Assembly (NCBI GenBank): GCA_964366335.1
Contig: CAYITQ010000001.1
Location: forward strand, 41,336 to 105,335
Length of the DNA: 64,000 nucleotides
Source of the DNA: an uncultured Gammaproteobacteria bacterium
Lineage (GTDB): Bacteria; Patescibacteriota; Microgenomatia; CAZETR01; Amesbacteraceae
Reading direction: 5' to 3'
Positions 63,939 through 64,000 of the stretch are shown one piece after another (position 1 is the first letter of the stretch; each line of letters starts with the position of its first letter). The notes below the pieces were generated by a model, which saw nothing but the letters and a program-made list of their open reading frames with translations, was not told the DNA's origin and made no database searches. The position numbers were made by a program, and so were the translations under genes.

Positions 63939-64000
63939 ATGGTGGCTGTTATTACTGGTGTTGTTTGTAGTCCCCTTGTATCCCAAGTTTCCTCTTTTGG
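63939..64000 (+). CDS. 5' end of a further gene (hydrophobic N-terminus), truncated by the window end
   Basis: ATG immediately after the upstream stop. MVAVITGVVCSPLVS... Confidence 0.3.
   Translation, partial: MVAVITGVVCSPLVSQVSSF

Noticed and set aside
1-64000. CRISPR arrays, tRNA or rRNA genes, transposases or integrases, reverse transcriptase (DGR)
   Set aside because: No regularly spaced direct repeats with unique spacers were seen. No cloverleaf-capable conserved tRNA stretches (GTTCRA...TCC/CCA context) were seen in intergenic gaps, which are very few. No ORF shows DDE, tyrosine-recombinase or reverse-transcriptase motifs. The heptamer tracts therefore cannot be tied to a DGR within this window.

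Overview
This is a low-GC (~36%), very gene-dense window. TTG and GTG starts are frequent, and many adjacent genes overlap by 1-40 nt (ATGA-type stop/start junctions). That style fits a small-genome bacterium of the Candidate Phyla Radiation (Patescibacteria) type, but this is an inference from gene content, not a taxonomic call. Almost the entire window is a single very large glycosylation/cell-envelope locus. It holds about 16 GT2 and GT4 glycosyltransferase genes and at least ten GT-C-fold integral-membrane glycosyltransferases. Six of the GT-C proteins are PMT/ArnT-like and carry the loop-1 'DE' motif; five of these form one tandem paralog array. Three giant (~930-1170 aa) YfhO/AftD-like membrane proteins share a conserved C-terminal domain, and two of them are tandem paralogs. 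There are seven class-I SAM methyltransferases, a Wzx-like flippase, a GalE-like epimerase, an AsnB-type amidotransferase, a hexapeptide-repeat acetyltransferase, and a UbiA-family prenyl-phosphate transferase sitting next to a PHP-phosphoesterase/methyltransferase fusion and a thymidylate-kinase-like kinase. About 38 kb (6488-44404) is one co-directional, translationally coupled gene string. Near the 5' end a ~3 kb accessory islet is wedged between convergent GT2 genes. It carries a winged-helix/degenerate-Nudix regulator, a VOC/glyoxalase protein, and an AlkA-like HhH-GPD DNA glycosylase. The islet is delimited by three copies of a ~70-100 bp repeat family rich in perfect palindromes. Other oddities are a G10 homopolymer inside a GT2 coding sequence (a candidate phase-variation switch), heptanucleotide repeat tracts inside two PMT paralogs, an internally duplicated two-module GT2, a DUF3800-like protein embedded in the PMT array, and a C39-like peptidase plus a Bro-N (DinD/antirepressor-like) gene translationally coupled into the GT4 gene string. 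No rRNA, tRNA or CRISPR array was recognised.
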